Assembly: GCA_049320885.1 (NCBI GenBank)
Contig: JBMORA010000017.1
Coordinates: 1 to 64,000 of the forward strand
DNA from: Thermodesulfobacteriota bacterium
GTDB lineage: Bacteria; Desulfobacterota; Desulfobacteria; Desulfobacterales; SURF-7
Direction: 5' to 3'
Length of the DNA: 64,000 nt
The notes below the pieces were generated by a model. It was not told the origin of the DNA, ran no database searches, and worked only from the letters and a program-made list of their open reading frames with translations. Positions within the stretch are counted from its first letter, which is position 1, and every line of letters begins with the position of its first letter. Made by a program: the position numbers and the translations under genes. This document shows, piece by piece, positions 7,665-18,152 of this stretch.

Positions 7665-10214
7665 ATGAGGTTTTGTAAAAACATTGTCCTGATAGCCGGT
7701 ATCGTTCTGGGTTTTACCCTGATCGGCCTCGGCGGCATGGGCTTTTATCTCCATTCCCATCCGGAATGGATCAAACCGACGATCGAGAGGGCGCTCTCGA
7801 CAGCCACCGGGGCGGCCTGCACCATCGAGCGTTTCGCCATTTCGTTGCAGCCCCTGGCTGTGGAGGCGGGCGGCATTTGTTTCACCACCCGGCCGCCCCA
7901 CCCGGCCGCCTCCATGGAAATCCCGTTCATCCGGACGGAGCTGGCCCTCGAGGGGCCGTTTGGCCGCAAAACCCTCCTGTTGAAAAACATGCGGGTTACC
8001 GGCATCTCCCTGACCGGCGCCTTACCCGTTCTCTCGCCGGTGGAACCAAACGGCTCTTTCCCGGCCGGATTGCTCCAGGGCCTTGCCGGGTTCTTTTTTT
8101 TCAGGGACATCCGCTTTCAGTCCGGGGAGATTCTGGATGGACGCCTGGCAATCTCCCGGGGCGATTACTTCCTCCAGGCCCGTCAACTCCATGCCGAGGC
8201 CGGTGCCGACCGACCGCTGTGCGTATCCTTTGCCCTGGAAGTCGGGAACAACTCCCGGCATCTGCAGGTCACGGCGCCACGGGTGTCCTTCAGCGGCGAC
8301 CATGGGGTCGGCGGCAGGGAGGTGACCTTCAGCGGCGTCCTCCGGGCCGACAACATCTCCCTCCAGACAAAGGGCGGCACGGAAATCCGGGACATCCCCA
8401 TGGGAGATATCCGCTTTGCGATCCCGGACGGCCGCCTGGACCTGGAAAACGGAGCCATGGCGCTGCCGAAGGTCCGCTTCGACGCCTTGGGCTTGAAAAA
8501 CCTGGTGCTCGACATGGATGTGAAAGACGGCGGAATCCACCTGCTGCTCCAGGGAAAAAAGACCGCGCTGCTTCCAGCAGCAGCCGCCCGGCAGCTTCTC
8601 CCCCGGGATTTGGCACTTGCGGCCCGGGATGCCTTCCGGATGGAAGTCGCGGGTCCGCAAGGCGGCCCCTGGCGGATAAACGCGGCGGTAACGCTTTCGG
8701 ATCTTGCCCTGCAAAACAAGGACGGGCGCCTGACGGGGGAGAAGATCTCCCTTGCTGCCTCGGCCAGGGGGGTGGTCGACCCGGAGGCTGCCGGTATGAC
8801 CTTTGATGCGGAGCTGTCCGCCAATACCGGCGAAATCCTGTATGACCGGTATTACCTGAACCTCGCCCAGAACCCCGTGGTCTCGGCCTGCAAGGGGACG
8901 TGCCGGTTTCAGGAAGGAATCCTGAGGATTTCCAGGCTCCGGTTCGAGCTGACGGATATCCTGCCGGTGGAAATCCGGGGCTCCCTCACCCGGGGCGCGG
9001 CGTTTCGGGAAGCGGATGTCGAGGTGAGCGTCCCCCGGGTCCCGATGGAGCCGGTTTTCCATCACCTGTTGCGGGAACCCCATAAGACCGAAAATCCCGT
9101 TCTGGAAACGCTGGCGACCGGAGGGACTCTTTCGGCGGAATGCCGGCTGCGAAAAAGGGCAGACGCCTGGCTGGCCGAGGGCCGCATCGGGTGGCGCGGG
9201 GGCGAGCTGATCGAAAAAGGAAGGGGCGTTTCCGCAAAAGGGATTTTTCTGGATCTGCCTTTCCGCTATGAGACCGGATTGCCCGCAGCCCCGGCCGAAA
9301 ACCTCCCGGGCAGGCTCGAGATTCGGTCCCTGGTCTTGCCCCCGCTGCCGGAACAGGCCCTGGATCTCGTTCTGAATGCCGGAACCAACCGGATATCCGT
9401 GGACGCCCCCACCGTGATCCGGATTCCGGGGGGAGAACTCCTGCTGGGCGCCGTGGAGGTCCGGAATCTGTTTTCCCCGGACGTTTCCGTTCATACCCGC
9501 CTGGCATTCGACGGAATCGACATCCGCTCCTTCCTTGCCGGAATCGGGGCAATTCCCGCGGCTGCCGTGGTGGCGGGCCGCCTGGGCGGCGTACTGGATC
9601 CTGTCCGGTATGAGCGGCACGCCGTCACCAGCCAGGGGGAAATCACGGCCATTGTGTTCGGCGGCAACATATGGTTATCTGATCTGGGGGCTTCGGGGAT
9701 ATTCACCGCCGCGCCGGTTTTGCGGTTCAATGCGGGCTGGAATAAGCTGCAGCTGAGCCAAATGACGTCCGATACCGCTTTCGGCAGGATCGAGGGGGTC
9801 CTGAAGGGCCATATCCGCGATGGCGAAATTGCCTGGGGTCAGCCCCAGCGGTTCGATCTGCTGCTGGAAACGGTGAAGGAAAAGGGGATACCCCAGACCA
9901 TCAGCATCGCGGCGGTGGACAACATCGCCCGGATCGGCGGCGGACAGAGCCCGTTCATGGGAATCGCGGGCGCCTTTGCCGCCGTACTGGACCCGTTCCC
10001 CTATGAAAAAATCGGCATCCGGGCGCGGCTTGAAAACGATATGTTCATGATCAACGGTACCATCCGGGAAGGCGGCACGGAGTACCTGGTCAAAAGGCGC
10101 GGCTTTTCAGGGGTGGACATCGTCAACCAGAATCCGGATAATCGGATCAACTTCAAAGACATGGTGAAACGAATTCAACGGATCGCCCACCAGGATGGAG
10201 CGGTGATCCAGTAA
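7665..10214 (+). CDS. YdbH/AsmA-like intermembrane lipid-transport protein
   Basis: N-terminal TM anchor, long beta-rich body, C-terminal FPYEKIGIRARLEND; adjacent to a YdbL-like gene. Confidence 0.65.
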   Translation: MRFCKNIVLIAGIVLGFTLIGLGGMGFYLHSHPEWIKPTIERALSTATGAACTIERFAISLQPLAVEAGGICFTTRPPHPAASMEIPFIRTELALEGPFGRKTLLLKNMRVTGISLTGALPVLSPVEPNGSFPAGLLQGLAGFFFFRDIRFQSGEILDGRLAISRGDYFLQARQLHAEAGADRPLCVSFALEVGNNSRHLQVTAPRVSFSGDHGVGGREVTFSGVLRADNISLQTKGGTEIRDIPMGDIRFAIPDGRLDLENGAMALPKVRFDALGLKNLVLDMDVKDGGIHLLLQGKKTALLPAAAARQLLPRDLALAARDAFRMEVAGPQGGPWRINAAVTLSDLALQNKDGRLTGEKISLAASARGVVDPEAAGMTFDAELSANTGEILYDRYYLNLAQNPVVSACKGTCRFQEGILRISRLRFELTDILPVEIRGSLTRGAAFREADVEVSVPRVPMEPVFHHLLREPHKTENPVLETLATGGTLSAECRLRKRADAWLAEGRIGWRGGELIEKGRGVSAKGIFLDLPFRYETGLPAAPAENLPGRLEIRSLVLPPLPEQALDLVLNAGTNRISVDAPTVIRIPGGELLLGAVEVRNLFSPDVSVHTRLAFDGIDIRSFLAGIGAIPAAAVVAGRLGGVLDPVRYERHAVTSQGEITAIVFGGNIWLSDLGASGIFTAAPVLRFNAGWNKLQLSQMTSDTAFGRIEGVLKGHIRDGEIAWGQPQRFDLLLETVKEKGIPQTISIAAVDNIARIGGGQSPFMGIAGAFAAVLDPFPYEKIGIRARLENDMFMINGTIREGGTEYLVKRRGFSGVDIVNQNPDNRINFKDMVKRIQRIAHQDGAVIQ

Positions 10215-10228
10215 CGGGGGAGGGTTTT

Positions 10229-10774
10229 ATGAAAAGGGATAAACCATTTTTCTGGAAGACAGCGGCGTTGGTCCTGCTGACCCTGTCGGCCTGCATCACC
10301 ATCAATATCTATTTCCCGGCCGAGAAGGTCGAATCCGCCGCCGAGGATATCGTGAACGATATCCGGGGCAATGAGCCGCCGCAAACGGAAGACCAGGCCG
10401 GCAAGCTCCAGGGGTTTCTGTACCGGCTCCGGGGGGCTTTTGCTCCCGCCGTTGCCTGGGCCGGCAGCGAGACAACCGTTTCCAACCCGACGATCCGCTC
10501 CCTGAAGGAAAAAATGAAAGCCCGTTTTCAGGCGCTGACGCCCTATTACCGGAAAGGGGCCCTGAAGGAAGGGGACAATGGGTATCTTGCCGCGGTGGAT
10601 GCCGGCGGGCTGAACCTCAAGGAGAAACGGGATCTGAACGGCCTGGTGGAAGCCGAAAACCGCGACCGCAGAACCCTGTATGCGGAAGTGGCCAAGGCCC
10701 TGAAGATCGACGCCGGTCAGATCGATCAAATCGCGGCGATTTTTGCCCGGGAGTGGAAGAAGCCGGTGCGGTAG
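10229..10774 (+). CDS. Lipoprotein, YnbE-like N-terminus fused to a YdbL (DUF1318) domain
   Basis: Lipobox LSAC followed by ITINIYFP; C-terminal GALKEGDNGYL...LVEAENRDRRTLYAEVAK typical of DUF1318. Confidence 0.75.
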   Translation: MKRDKPFFWKTAALVLLTLSACITINIYFPAEKVESAAEDIVNDIRGNEPPQTEDQAGKLQGFLYRLRGAFAPAVAWAGSETTVSNPTIRSLKEKMKARFQALTPYYRKGALKEGDNGYLAAVDAGGLNLKEKRDLNGLVEAENRDRRTLYAEVAKALKIDAGQIDQIAAIFAREWKKPVR

Positions 10775-10839
10775 CATCCGGAATCGGTTTTCATCATAAT
10801 TCGGTTGCATTACGGGTAGAATGCAGCTACATCATGCGG

Positions 10840-11802
10840 ATGGAATCTCAAACGGCGGACATCCTCCAGCGATTGTTATCAGCCCCCGGATCGACCGTTA
10901 CGACATCCGAAAGGGAATTCGGGCGGTGGCGGCGGTGTTTTTACGCGGAAGCCGCCCCATGGCCGGTCCCGGTTGACCGGGCCGTTATCGGCGGTTTCAT
11001 CGCCGATTGCACGGCCTACGCCTTCGCCGCGGGATACGGCGCCGCGCTTCAAGCCCTGGTGCCGGGACTGCCCGGGGACAAAATCGCCTGTTTCTGCATC
11101 ACGGAAGAGGGGGGCGGGCATCCGCGTTTCATCAAAACGTCGTTGGCGCCAGCCGGCGGCGGTGCGGAAGGCGGTAAAAGGTGGACGGTCACCGGCCGGA
11201 AAAAATTCATTACCTGCGCCGCTGAAGCGGACCTGTTCCTGGTGGCTGCCTCAACAGGGCCTTCGCCGGACGGAAAGAACCAAATCCGGATGGTCACCGT
11301 CCGGCGGGAAACACCGGGAATTGAAATCCAGCTGATGCGGAACCTGCGCCTGGTGCCGGAAATCAGTCACGGCGAGGTTTTCTTCCGGGAGGTGAGCGTC
11401 CAGGCGGCCGACCTGCTTCCCGGTGACGGCTATCTGGAGTATATCAAGCCGTTCCGGACCATCGAGGACCTGCACGTATCCGCCGCCATCCTGGGGCATC
11501 TGTTCCGGAAAGCCCGCCGGCATGCCTGGCCCAGGGAGATCCGGGAAGCCATTATCGGCGCCATCGTTTCCGTCCGCGCGCTGGCGACCAGCGATCCGGG
11601 CCTGGCTTCCGTGCACATCGCGGTCCATGAGGCCCTGGGACGCATCAAGGAATTGCTCGTGCGCCTGGAGCCCCTCTGGGATCGGATCGGCGGGAAGGAA
11701 AAAGAGGACTGGGACCGGGATAAAGTCCTGATGAGCATCGCGGACACGGCAAGAACCAGGCGGATTGAAACAGCGTGGAAGCAGTATGGTGTTTTGGAAT
11801 AA
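10840..11802 (+). CDS. Acyl-CoA dehydrogenase family protein (divergent)
   Basis: ACFCITEEGGG, VTGRKKFIT and GDGY motifs; start codon uncertain. Confidence 0.75.
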   Translation: MESQTADILQRLLSAPGSTVTTSEREFGRWRRCFYAEAAPWPVPVDRAVIGGFIADCTAYAFAAGYGAALQALVPGLPGDKIACFCITEEGGGHPRFIKTSLAPAGGGAEGGKRWTVTGRKKFITCAAEADLFLVAASTGPSPDGKNQIRMVTVRRETPGIEIQLMRNLRLVPEISHGEVFFREVSVQAADLLPGDGYLEYIKPFRTIEDLHVSAAILGHLFRKARRHAWPREIREAIIGAIVSVRALATSDPGLASVHIAVHEALGRIKELLVRLEPLWDRIGGKEKEDWDRDKVLMSIADTARTRRIETAWKQYGVLE

Positions 11803-11817
11803 CAGGAGGACCGTCAC

Positions 11818-12792
11818 ATGATTCTTGCCGGAGACATCGGCGGGACCAATACCCGGCTGGCGATCGTCGCTGTCGTGGAGGGGCGGGTCCGCATTGTCGC
11901 CGAGGAAACCTTTGCGAGCCGCGAAGAGCCGAGCCTGGAAAGCGCCCTGCGGAAATTCCTGGGGAAACACGTTTTCCCCCTTGAAAGGGCCGGGCTGGGC
12001 GTTGCCGGACCGGTTCGCCAGGGCCGCTGTGAAGCCACCAATCTGCCGTGGATCATCGATTCCCATGAAATCGCAAGCGAATTCGGGCTTTCCCGGGTCG
12101 GCCTGATCAACGATCTGGAAGCCAAGGCCTGCGGGATTGCGGACCTGGAACCGGAGGAACTGGAAACCCTCAATCCGGGCATTCCGGACGTCCGGGGAAA
12201 CCAGGCCGTCATTGCCGCCGGCACGGGGCTGGGAGAAGCCGTCCTCATTTGGGACGCAACGGAGTACCGGCCGTTTGCGTCCGAAGGGGGGCATGCGGAT
12301 TTCGCGCCGCGGAACCGGCTGGAAATGGAGCTGCTGGACTTTCTGTTGAAGCGGCATCCGCGGGTCAGCGTCGAACGGCTGGTTTCCGGGCAGGGGTTGC
12401 TGAATATTTATCAATTTTTAAAAGAAAAACAAAATGTTGTGGAACAGGACTGGCTGGCGGAACAGCTGCGGCAGCAGGACCCGCCGGCGGTCATTTCACG
12501 GAACGCCCTGGATGGGAGAAGTCCGCTCTGCATGGAGGCGCTGGATCTTTTTACCGCCCTTTACGGCGCCGAGGCCGGGAATCTGGCCTTGAAGGTCATG
12601 GCCACCGGCGGGATCTATCTCGGCGGCGGCATCGCGCCGAAAATCGTCGCGAAATTGCGGGAGCCGGTATTCATGAATGCATTCACCGCCAAAGGGCGGA
12701 TGAAACCCCTGCTCCAGGCCATGCCCGTGCGGGTGATCCTGAACACCGGGATCGCCCTGATCGGAGCCGCCCGTCACGCCATGCGCCTGTGA
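11818..12792 (+). CDS. glk: Glucokinase
   Basis: ILAGDIGGTNTRLA, INDLEA, AGTGLGE, SEGGHADFAP, GGIYLGGGIAPKI. Confidence 0.95.
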   Translation: MILAGDIGGTNTRLAIVAVVEGRVRIVAEETFASREEPSLESALRKFLGKHVFPLERAGLGVAGPVRQGRCEATNLPWIIDSHEIASEFGLSRVGLINDLEAKACGIADLEPEELETLNPGIPDVRGNQAVIAAGTGLGEAVLIWDATEYRPFASEGGHADFAPRNRLEMELLDFLLKRHPRVSVERLVSGQGLLNIYQFLKEKQNVVEQDWLAEQLRQQDPPAVISRNALDGRSPLCMEALDLFTALYGAEAGNLALKVMATGGIYLGGGIAPKIVAKLREPVFMNAFTAKGRMKPLLQAMPVRVILNTGIALIGAARHAMRL

Positions 12793-12924
12793 ACAGCCGT
12801 TGATGGCATGTCGCGGCAACGGATAGTAGTATGGAAAAGCGAAAAGCAGCGGTCCGGGAACCGGCAGACCGGGCGCCGGCGGCGCTCGTTTTATCAATGG
12901 AGTGGAATGGGGGAGGCGGAAAGC

Positions 12925-13293
12925 ATGGGGATCAAGATCGAGCGTGAGAAGGATGAACTGCGGGTGTTGCGGGTCACGGGTCTGCTGCGGAAGTCGGAAA
13001 TGGACGCCGCCCTGGCGGCCGAGATGACAGGGCTGGTCCCTGCCGCCCAAGTGAAGGCGCTGATCATCGTGACGGATTTCAAAGGCTGGGAGCGGGGTGC
13101 CGACTGGGGCGACATGACCTTTTTTGAAACCCTGGGCGATCAGGTCGTCCGGATAGCGTTCGTGGGCGACCCGCGCTGGGAAACGGAATGGCTGATGTTC
13201 GTCGGCGCGGGTTTCCGCCGCGCGCCGGTCAAGTACTTTCCCTTGGATCAACTCGACCAGGCCCGCGGCTGGCTGGAAGGCGCGGGCGCGTAA
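12925..13293 (+). CDS. STAS/SEC14 (SpoIIAA-like) domain protein
   Basis: DFKGWE...RIAFVGDPRW...VKYFP...ARGWL pattern. Confidence 0.8.
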   Translation: MGIKIEREKDELRVLRVTGLLRKSEMDAALAAEMTGLVPAAQVKALIIVTDFKGWERGADWGDMTFFETLGDQVVRIAFVGDPRWETEWLMFVGAGFRRAPVKYFPLDQLDQARGWLEGAGA

Positions 13294-13313
13294 TCCCACC
13301 AGGAACGGAAAAA

Positions 13314-14231
13314 ATGTTCTGCCGTCGTTTGTACATATTGCCGGCCATGCTGTTCTTTCTGGCCGCGACGGCGGCGGCGGGGGCCGGCGAGATCGAGCCG
13401 CGGGCCTATGCCAACACCCCGGTGGGGATCAATTTCCTGATCCTGGGATATTCCGTTTCCGAAGGGGGCTTGTCCACCGAGGCGTCGTCGCCGATCAAGG
13501 ACGCCCGGCTGCGGATTCATTCCAGCGTGCTGGCATGCGCGCGCTCCCTGGATGTATGGGGCAAGTCCGGGAAAATCGATTTGATTCTGCCGTACTCCCG
13601 GCTCTCCGGAACCGCCACGGTCAAGGGACTGCCGGCCGAACGGAACGTCGGCGGATTCCATGACCCGCGCTTGCGTTTTTCCGTCAATCTATATGGCGCT
13701 CCGGCGCTGTCGCTCAAGGAGTTCGCCGATTATCGGCAGGATCTGATCGTCGGGGCGAGCCTCCAGGTATCGGCGCCCCTGGGCCAGTATGACGAGGGCC
13801 GGCTGGTGAACCTGGGCAACAACCGCTGGTATGTCAAGCCGGATCTGGGAATCTCCAAGGCCTGGGGGCCGCTGGTGACCGAGTTTTCCGCCGGTGTTTT
13901 CTGGTTCAGCGAGAACAGGGAGTACTTCGGCGGCCAGACCTTGCGGCAGGATCCCCTCTATACCGCCCAGGTGCATGCCGCCTACCATTTTGGCCGCGGC
14001 CCATGGGCAGCGCTGAGCGCCACTTACGATTACGGCGGGCGAACCACCGTTGACGGCGTGCGGAACCCCGAACTGGAGAGCAACTGGCGGGGAGGCGCCA
14101 CCATCGCCCTGCCCTTGCACCGCAACCATTCCATCAAATTGTACGCCAGCAGCGGCGTCCATACGAGGATCGGTAACGATTACAGGGCTTTTGGTGTTGC
14201 CTGGCAGATCCGCTGGGGGGCCGGGCTCTGA
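13314..14231 (+). CDS. Outer-membrane transporter, Phenol_MetA_deg-like beta-barrel
   Basis: Signal peptide; EIEPRAYANTPVGINF; PLGQYD..RLVNLGNNRW; aromatic C-terminal strand. Confidence 0.8.
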   Translation: MFCRRLYILPAMLFFLAATAAAGAGEIEPRAYANTPVGINFLILGYSVSEGGLSTEASSPIKDARLRIHSSVLACARSLDVWGKSGKIDLILPYSRLSGTATVKGLPAERNVGGFHDPRLRFSVNLYGAPALSLKEFADYRQDLIVGASLQVSAPLGQYDEGRLVNLGNNRWYVKPDLGISKAWGPLVTEFSAGVFWFSENREYFGGQTLRQDPLYTAQVHAAYHFGRGPWAALSATYDYGGRTTVDGVRNPELESNWRGGATIALPLHRNHSIKLYASSGVHTRIGNDYRAFGVAWQIRWGAGL

Positions 14232-14360
14232 GCCGGGCGGCGGTTATTAGGCATATAAAAATTATAGATTGAATTTTGAAGCATTGTCTGCAATATAAGG
14301 GCAGTATAAATTTCCTTTCCTTTTGACATTTACCCTAAGAAAAAAAGAAGGAACCGCCAG

Positions 14361-14852
14361 ATGAACAAACCAAGAACCACTGTTGCCCTCGCCCTTCTGA
14401 TCACCGGAATCTTGATTGCAGGGGCCATGCCTGTTTTCGCGCAGGATCAACCGGCCGATAACATGGAGATTCTACAGGAAAAAATCAAATCCGACAAGAA
14501 GCTGTTCGTGGCCCAGAACATGGAATTGACCGAATCCGAGGCGAAGAACTTTTGGGTGGTCTATGCAGAATATCAGAAGGACCTGGACGTCATCAACCAG
14601 CGCTCCACCGCCCTCATCGAGAGCTATGCCGCGGATTATCGGGCCCAAACCCTCACCGACGCAAAGGCCCTGAAACTCATGGAGGAACTGGTGGCCATTC
14701 AGAAAGCCGAGGCCGATCTCATGGCCGCCTATGTTCCGAAACTCAGCAAAGTGATCCCGGCGCTGAAGGCCGTCCGTTACCTGCAACTGGAAAACAAAAT
14801 CCGGGCGGCGGTGAAATTCGAGCTGGCGGCGCGCATTCCGTTGATGCCGTAA
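14361..14852 (+). CDS. Periplasmic helical protein (Spy/CpxP-like, LTXXE motif)
   Basis: Signal peptide; MELTESEAKNFW.VY..YQ; all-helical composition. Confidence 0.6.
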   Translation: MNKPRTTVALALLITGILIAGAMPVFAQDQPADNMEILQEKIKSDKKLFVAQNMELTESEAKNFWVVYAEYQKDLDVINQRSTALIESYAADYRAQTLTDAKALKLMEELVAIQKAEADLMAAYVPKLSKVIPALKAVRYLQLENKIRAAVKFELAARIPLMP

Positions 14853-14946
14853 GGGCCGTAAAGGAGGAGCGGCCGCCGCCCGATACCGGGGAATACCGGA
14901 TGAGCCGCTCGTTCTTCAAGCGATGGTTTACAATTTGGGAGGGGCT

Positions 14947-15795
14947 ATGATTGGCACGAAAGCTCGCGGACGATTCCTGCTGCTTGCATTCCTGTGTCTG
15001 TTGGCTGGGGGCTCGGACGGTGCGGCCGCGGAAAACCGGGAAGCGGAAGCCGATGCCTGGGGCCGGGCCGGCCTGAGTATCGGCGGATATATGCTGGCCA
15101 TCGACAGTGAAGTGGGCCTGGGACTGAAGGGTCTCCAGACGAATATCAACATGGAAGAGGCCCTGGACCTGGACGTTTCCTATACGGTTTTTCGGGCCGA
15201 CGGCTTTTACCGCTTCACCGCCAACCGGCGACACCGCCTGGATTTGAGCTGGTACGCCCTGCGCCGCGAGGGGCTCCGGCGATTGACCCAGGATCTGACC
15301 ATCGGCGACACCACTTATTTGACCGGCACCACGGTCGCATCGTCTTTCAACCTGGATATCTACAAACTGGCCTACAGCTATTCCCTGTTCCAGGACGACC
15401 GCATGGATCTGGCCGCCGGCATCGGGGCGTATGTCATGCCCATCGAACTGGCTTTCAGCTCCGTGGGCGGCGTCCAGGAGAACGAATCCGAATCCTTCAC
15501 GGCACCGCTGCCCGTCATCACCCTGCGCACCGATTTCGCCATCACCCCCAAGCTGTATCTGCTGAACCGGATCGATCTGTTCTATATGCAGATCGGCTCT
15601 TACAAAGGCGGGATCACCAATCTGAATATCGCCCTGGAGTACATGTTCTTTAAGCGTTTCAGCGCCGGTCTGGGTTTTGAAACCTTCAATCTGAAGGTCA
15701 ACGCGGAAAACAGCAGTTATCCGCCCGCGGATTTCGTCGGTGAAATCAACTACCGGAATGTCGGGCTGATGGGTTTCCTCAAGTACCAGTTTTAA
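14947..15795 (+). CDS. Outer-membrane beta-barrel protein
   Basis: Signal peptide, alternating aromatic strands, C-terminal LKYQF. Confidence 0.75.
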   Translation: MIGTKARGRFLLLAFLCLLAGGSDGAAAENREAEADAWGRAGLSIGGYMLAIDSEVGLGLKGLQTNINMEEALDLDVSYTVFRADGFYRFTANRRHRLDLSWYALRREGLRRLTQDLTIGDTTYLTGTTVASSFNLDIYKLAYSYSLFQDDRMDLAAGIGAYVMPIELAFSSVGGVQENESESFTAPLPVITLRTDFAITPKLYLLNRIDLFYMQIGSYKGGITNLNIALEYMFFKRFSAGLGFETFNLKVNAENSSYPPADFVGEINYRNVGLMGFLKYQF

Positions 15796-15837
15796 AAAAA
15801 CAGAGCTGCCAACCTTGAAAACATAAGGAGAAAATTA

Positions 15838-18150
15838 ATGTCCGACATCACTGGAATCATGGCGAAAACCTCCGACCTCTCCGCCAAGGTCGGGCAATTA
15901 TTTCTAAAGCGCGCTGAAGTCGCCGCCAAACGCTTCGAGGAGCATGTCCGGAAAGCCACCGGCGACCTGATGGGCAAAGTCGCTTCCAGGCCGATGACAC
16001 CATGGGACATATGGAAGGAATGGAACCAATACAGTGTGGATTTTTCCCAGCGGTCGTTTCTGTTCTGGGACACCCTGCGCCGCCGGGGGAACGCGTATGT
16101 GGAGCACAACCGGGCCGGAAAACCGCCGGTGTTGAATTTCGATTATGAAATGGTCCTGGACGCCCGGAAATTCGAGCAGCCGGTGAACTATGCCCTGGTG
16201 CGCATCATTCCGCCCGAGGGCGTCATCGTCAACAACGAGCGCCGTCCCTATATCATCATCGACCCCCGGGCCGGGCACGGTCCCGGCATCGGCGGCTTCA
16301 AGGACGATTCCCAGGTGGGCGTCGCCTTGAAAGACGGGTGCCCGGTGTACTTCGTCATTTTTTTCCCGGAACCCGAGCCGGGCCAGACCTTGCCGGATGT
16401 ATGCGCCGCCGAAAAACTGTTTGTCCATAAGGTCAGGGAACTGCACCCGAACAGTCCGAAGCCGGCCCTCATCGGCAATTGCCAGGGAGGCTGGGCGGCC
16501 ATGATGCTGGCCGCCTCGGATCCGGATGAGACCGGTCCGGTGGTGATCAACGGCGCGCCCATGTCCTACTGGGGTGGGGCCTTGAGCGCGGGGGAAGGCG
16601 ACAACCCCATGCGCTATGCCGGCGGCATGCTCGGCGGGAGCTGGCTGTCATCCTTCAGCGCCGATCTGGGCAACGGCGTTTTCGACGGCGCGCATCTGGT
16701 GCAGAACTTCGAGAATCTGAATCCGGCCAATACGTTCTGGGATAAGTACTACCATCTGTTTTCCAATATCGATACCGAACCTCCGAGATTCCTGGAATTT
16801 GAACGCTGGTGGGGCGGATTCTACCTGTTGAACAAGGAGGAAATCGAATGGATCGTTCAAAATCTCTTTGTCGGCAACAAGCTCTGGTCCGGGGATGTCA
16901 AAAATCAGGCGGGCGGGGTGTTTGACCTGAAGCAGATACGGTCGCCCATCGTCCTGTTCGCGTCTCTGGGAGACAACATCACGCCTCCCCAGCAGGCGTT
17001 CAACTGGGTGGCGGATGTGTACGGCTCCACGGAGGAGATCAAGGCCCGGGGGCAGGTGATCGTCGGGCTGGTGCATCAGGATATCGGGCATCTCGGTATT
17101 TTCGTTTCCGGCAAGATCGCCAAAAAAGAACACGCCCAGATCGTGTCCGTGCTGAAATCCATCGAGGCCCTCCCGCCCGGTCTGTACGGAATGAAAATTC
17201 TGGACAAAAAAGGCAAGGACGGGCGGGTGGAATACGAGGTGGAATTCGTCGAACACCGGCTGGAGGAGGTGGTGAAACGCCTCAATCGTCTGGAGCGGCG
17301 CGATGAAAAACCTTTCCAGGCCCTTGAAAAAATCTCGGCCTTCAACCAGCAGGCCTATGAACTGTTCGCGCAGCCGCTGGTCCAGGCCCTGACCGGCGAG
17401 GGCGCTGCCAAGCTCGGGCGGGATTTCCATCCCCTGCGATTTCAGCGTTGGTTCGTTTCCGACCTGAATCCTTTCCTGTCGTTGCTTGGACCGGCTGCCG
17501 AGCGGATCAAGGAGAAGCGCGAGCCCGTAGGTCCGGACCAGACATTCCGGACAACCGAGAAAATGGTTTCCGAATGGATCAGCGCCTCGCTGGATTACTA
17601 CCGGGATTTGCGGGATGCCACCAGTGAGGCCCTGTTCTTCCAGACATATGGAACCATGTTCGGACTGTACCTGGCGGATAAACCGGACGCCGGGGGCCGG
17701 GAGCGGGAAATGCCAGCGGATTCCCGGGAACTGCCCTTTGTCCGCGAAGCCCTGGAATCCATCGACAAGGGCGGCTATGCCGAAGCCCTCTCCCGGGCCG
17801 GTTATCTGCTGGCGCGCAAGGGAATCCCCATCCCCCTGGCGCGTCTGGAGGTCAAGAACGAACTGATGGAAAAATACAAGGATCTGCTACCGGAACTGGA
17901 AGCGGACGAGCGGCGGCGCATCCGGGGGGAACAGGAAATCATCTGCCGGTATGAGCCGGAAAAAGCCCTGCTGGCCCTCCCGAAACTCCTGGCGGACGCC
18001 GACGATAAAAAACGGTTCAAGGCGTTACTGGACGGGCTGCTGGCCGAACCCCGGTTTGCGCCGGAAAACCTGACCCCGGAACAGCGGGCCATGGTCGAGG
18101 GGATCCAGGCGCTGCTTGTTTCGAAAAAACAGAAACAAGGAAAGAAATAA
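15838..18150 (+). CDS. DUF3141 alpha/beta hydrolase (PHA synthase-like Cys lipase box)
   Basis: DPRAGHGPGIGGFK, GNCQGGW, GDNITPP, GHLGIF. Confidence 0.9.
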   Translation: MSDITGIMAKTSDLSAKVGQLFLKRAEVAAKRFEEHVRKATGDLMGKVASRPMTPWDIWKEWNQYSVDFSQRSFLFWDTLRRRGNAYVEHNRAGKPPVLNFDYEMVLDARKFEQPVNYALVRIIPPEGVIVNNERRPYIIIDPRAGHGPGIGGFKDDSQVGVALKDGCPVYFVIFFPEPEPGQTLPDVCAAEKLFVHKVRELHPNSPKPALIGNCQGGWAAMMLAASDPDETGPVVINGAPMSYWGGALSAGEGDNPMRYAGGMLGGSWLSSFSADLGNGVFDGAHLVQNFENLNPANTFWDKYYHLFSNIDTEPPRFLEFERWWGGFYLLNKEEIEWIVQNLFVGNKLWSGDVKNQAGGVFDLKQIRSPIVLFASLGDNITPPQQAFNWVADVYGSTEEIKARGQVIVGLVHQDIGHLGIFVSGKIAKKEHAQIVSVLKSIEALPPGLYGMKILDKKGKDGRVEYEVEFVEHRLEEVVKRLNRLERRDEKPFQALEKISAFNQQAYELFAQPLVQALTGEGAAKLGRDFHPLRFQRWFVSDLNPFLSLLGPAAERIKEKREPVGPDQTFRTTEKMVSEWISASLDYYRDLRDATSEALFFQTYGTMFGLYLADKPDAGGREREMPADSRELPFVREALESIDKGGYAEALSRAGYLLARKGIPIPLARLEVKNELMEKYKDLLPELEADERRRIRGEQEIICRYEPEKALLALPKLLADADDKKRFKALLDGLLAEPRFAPENLTPEQRAMVEGIQALLVSKKQKQGKK

Positions 18151-18152
18151 CC

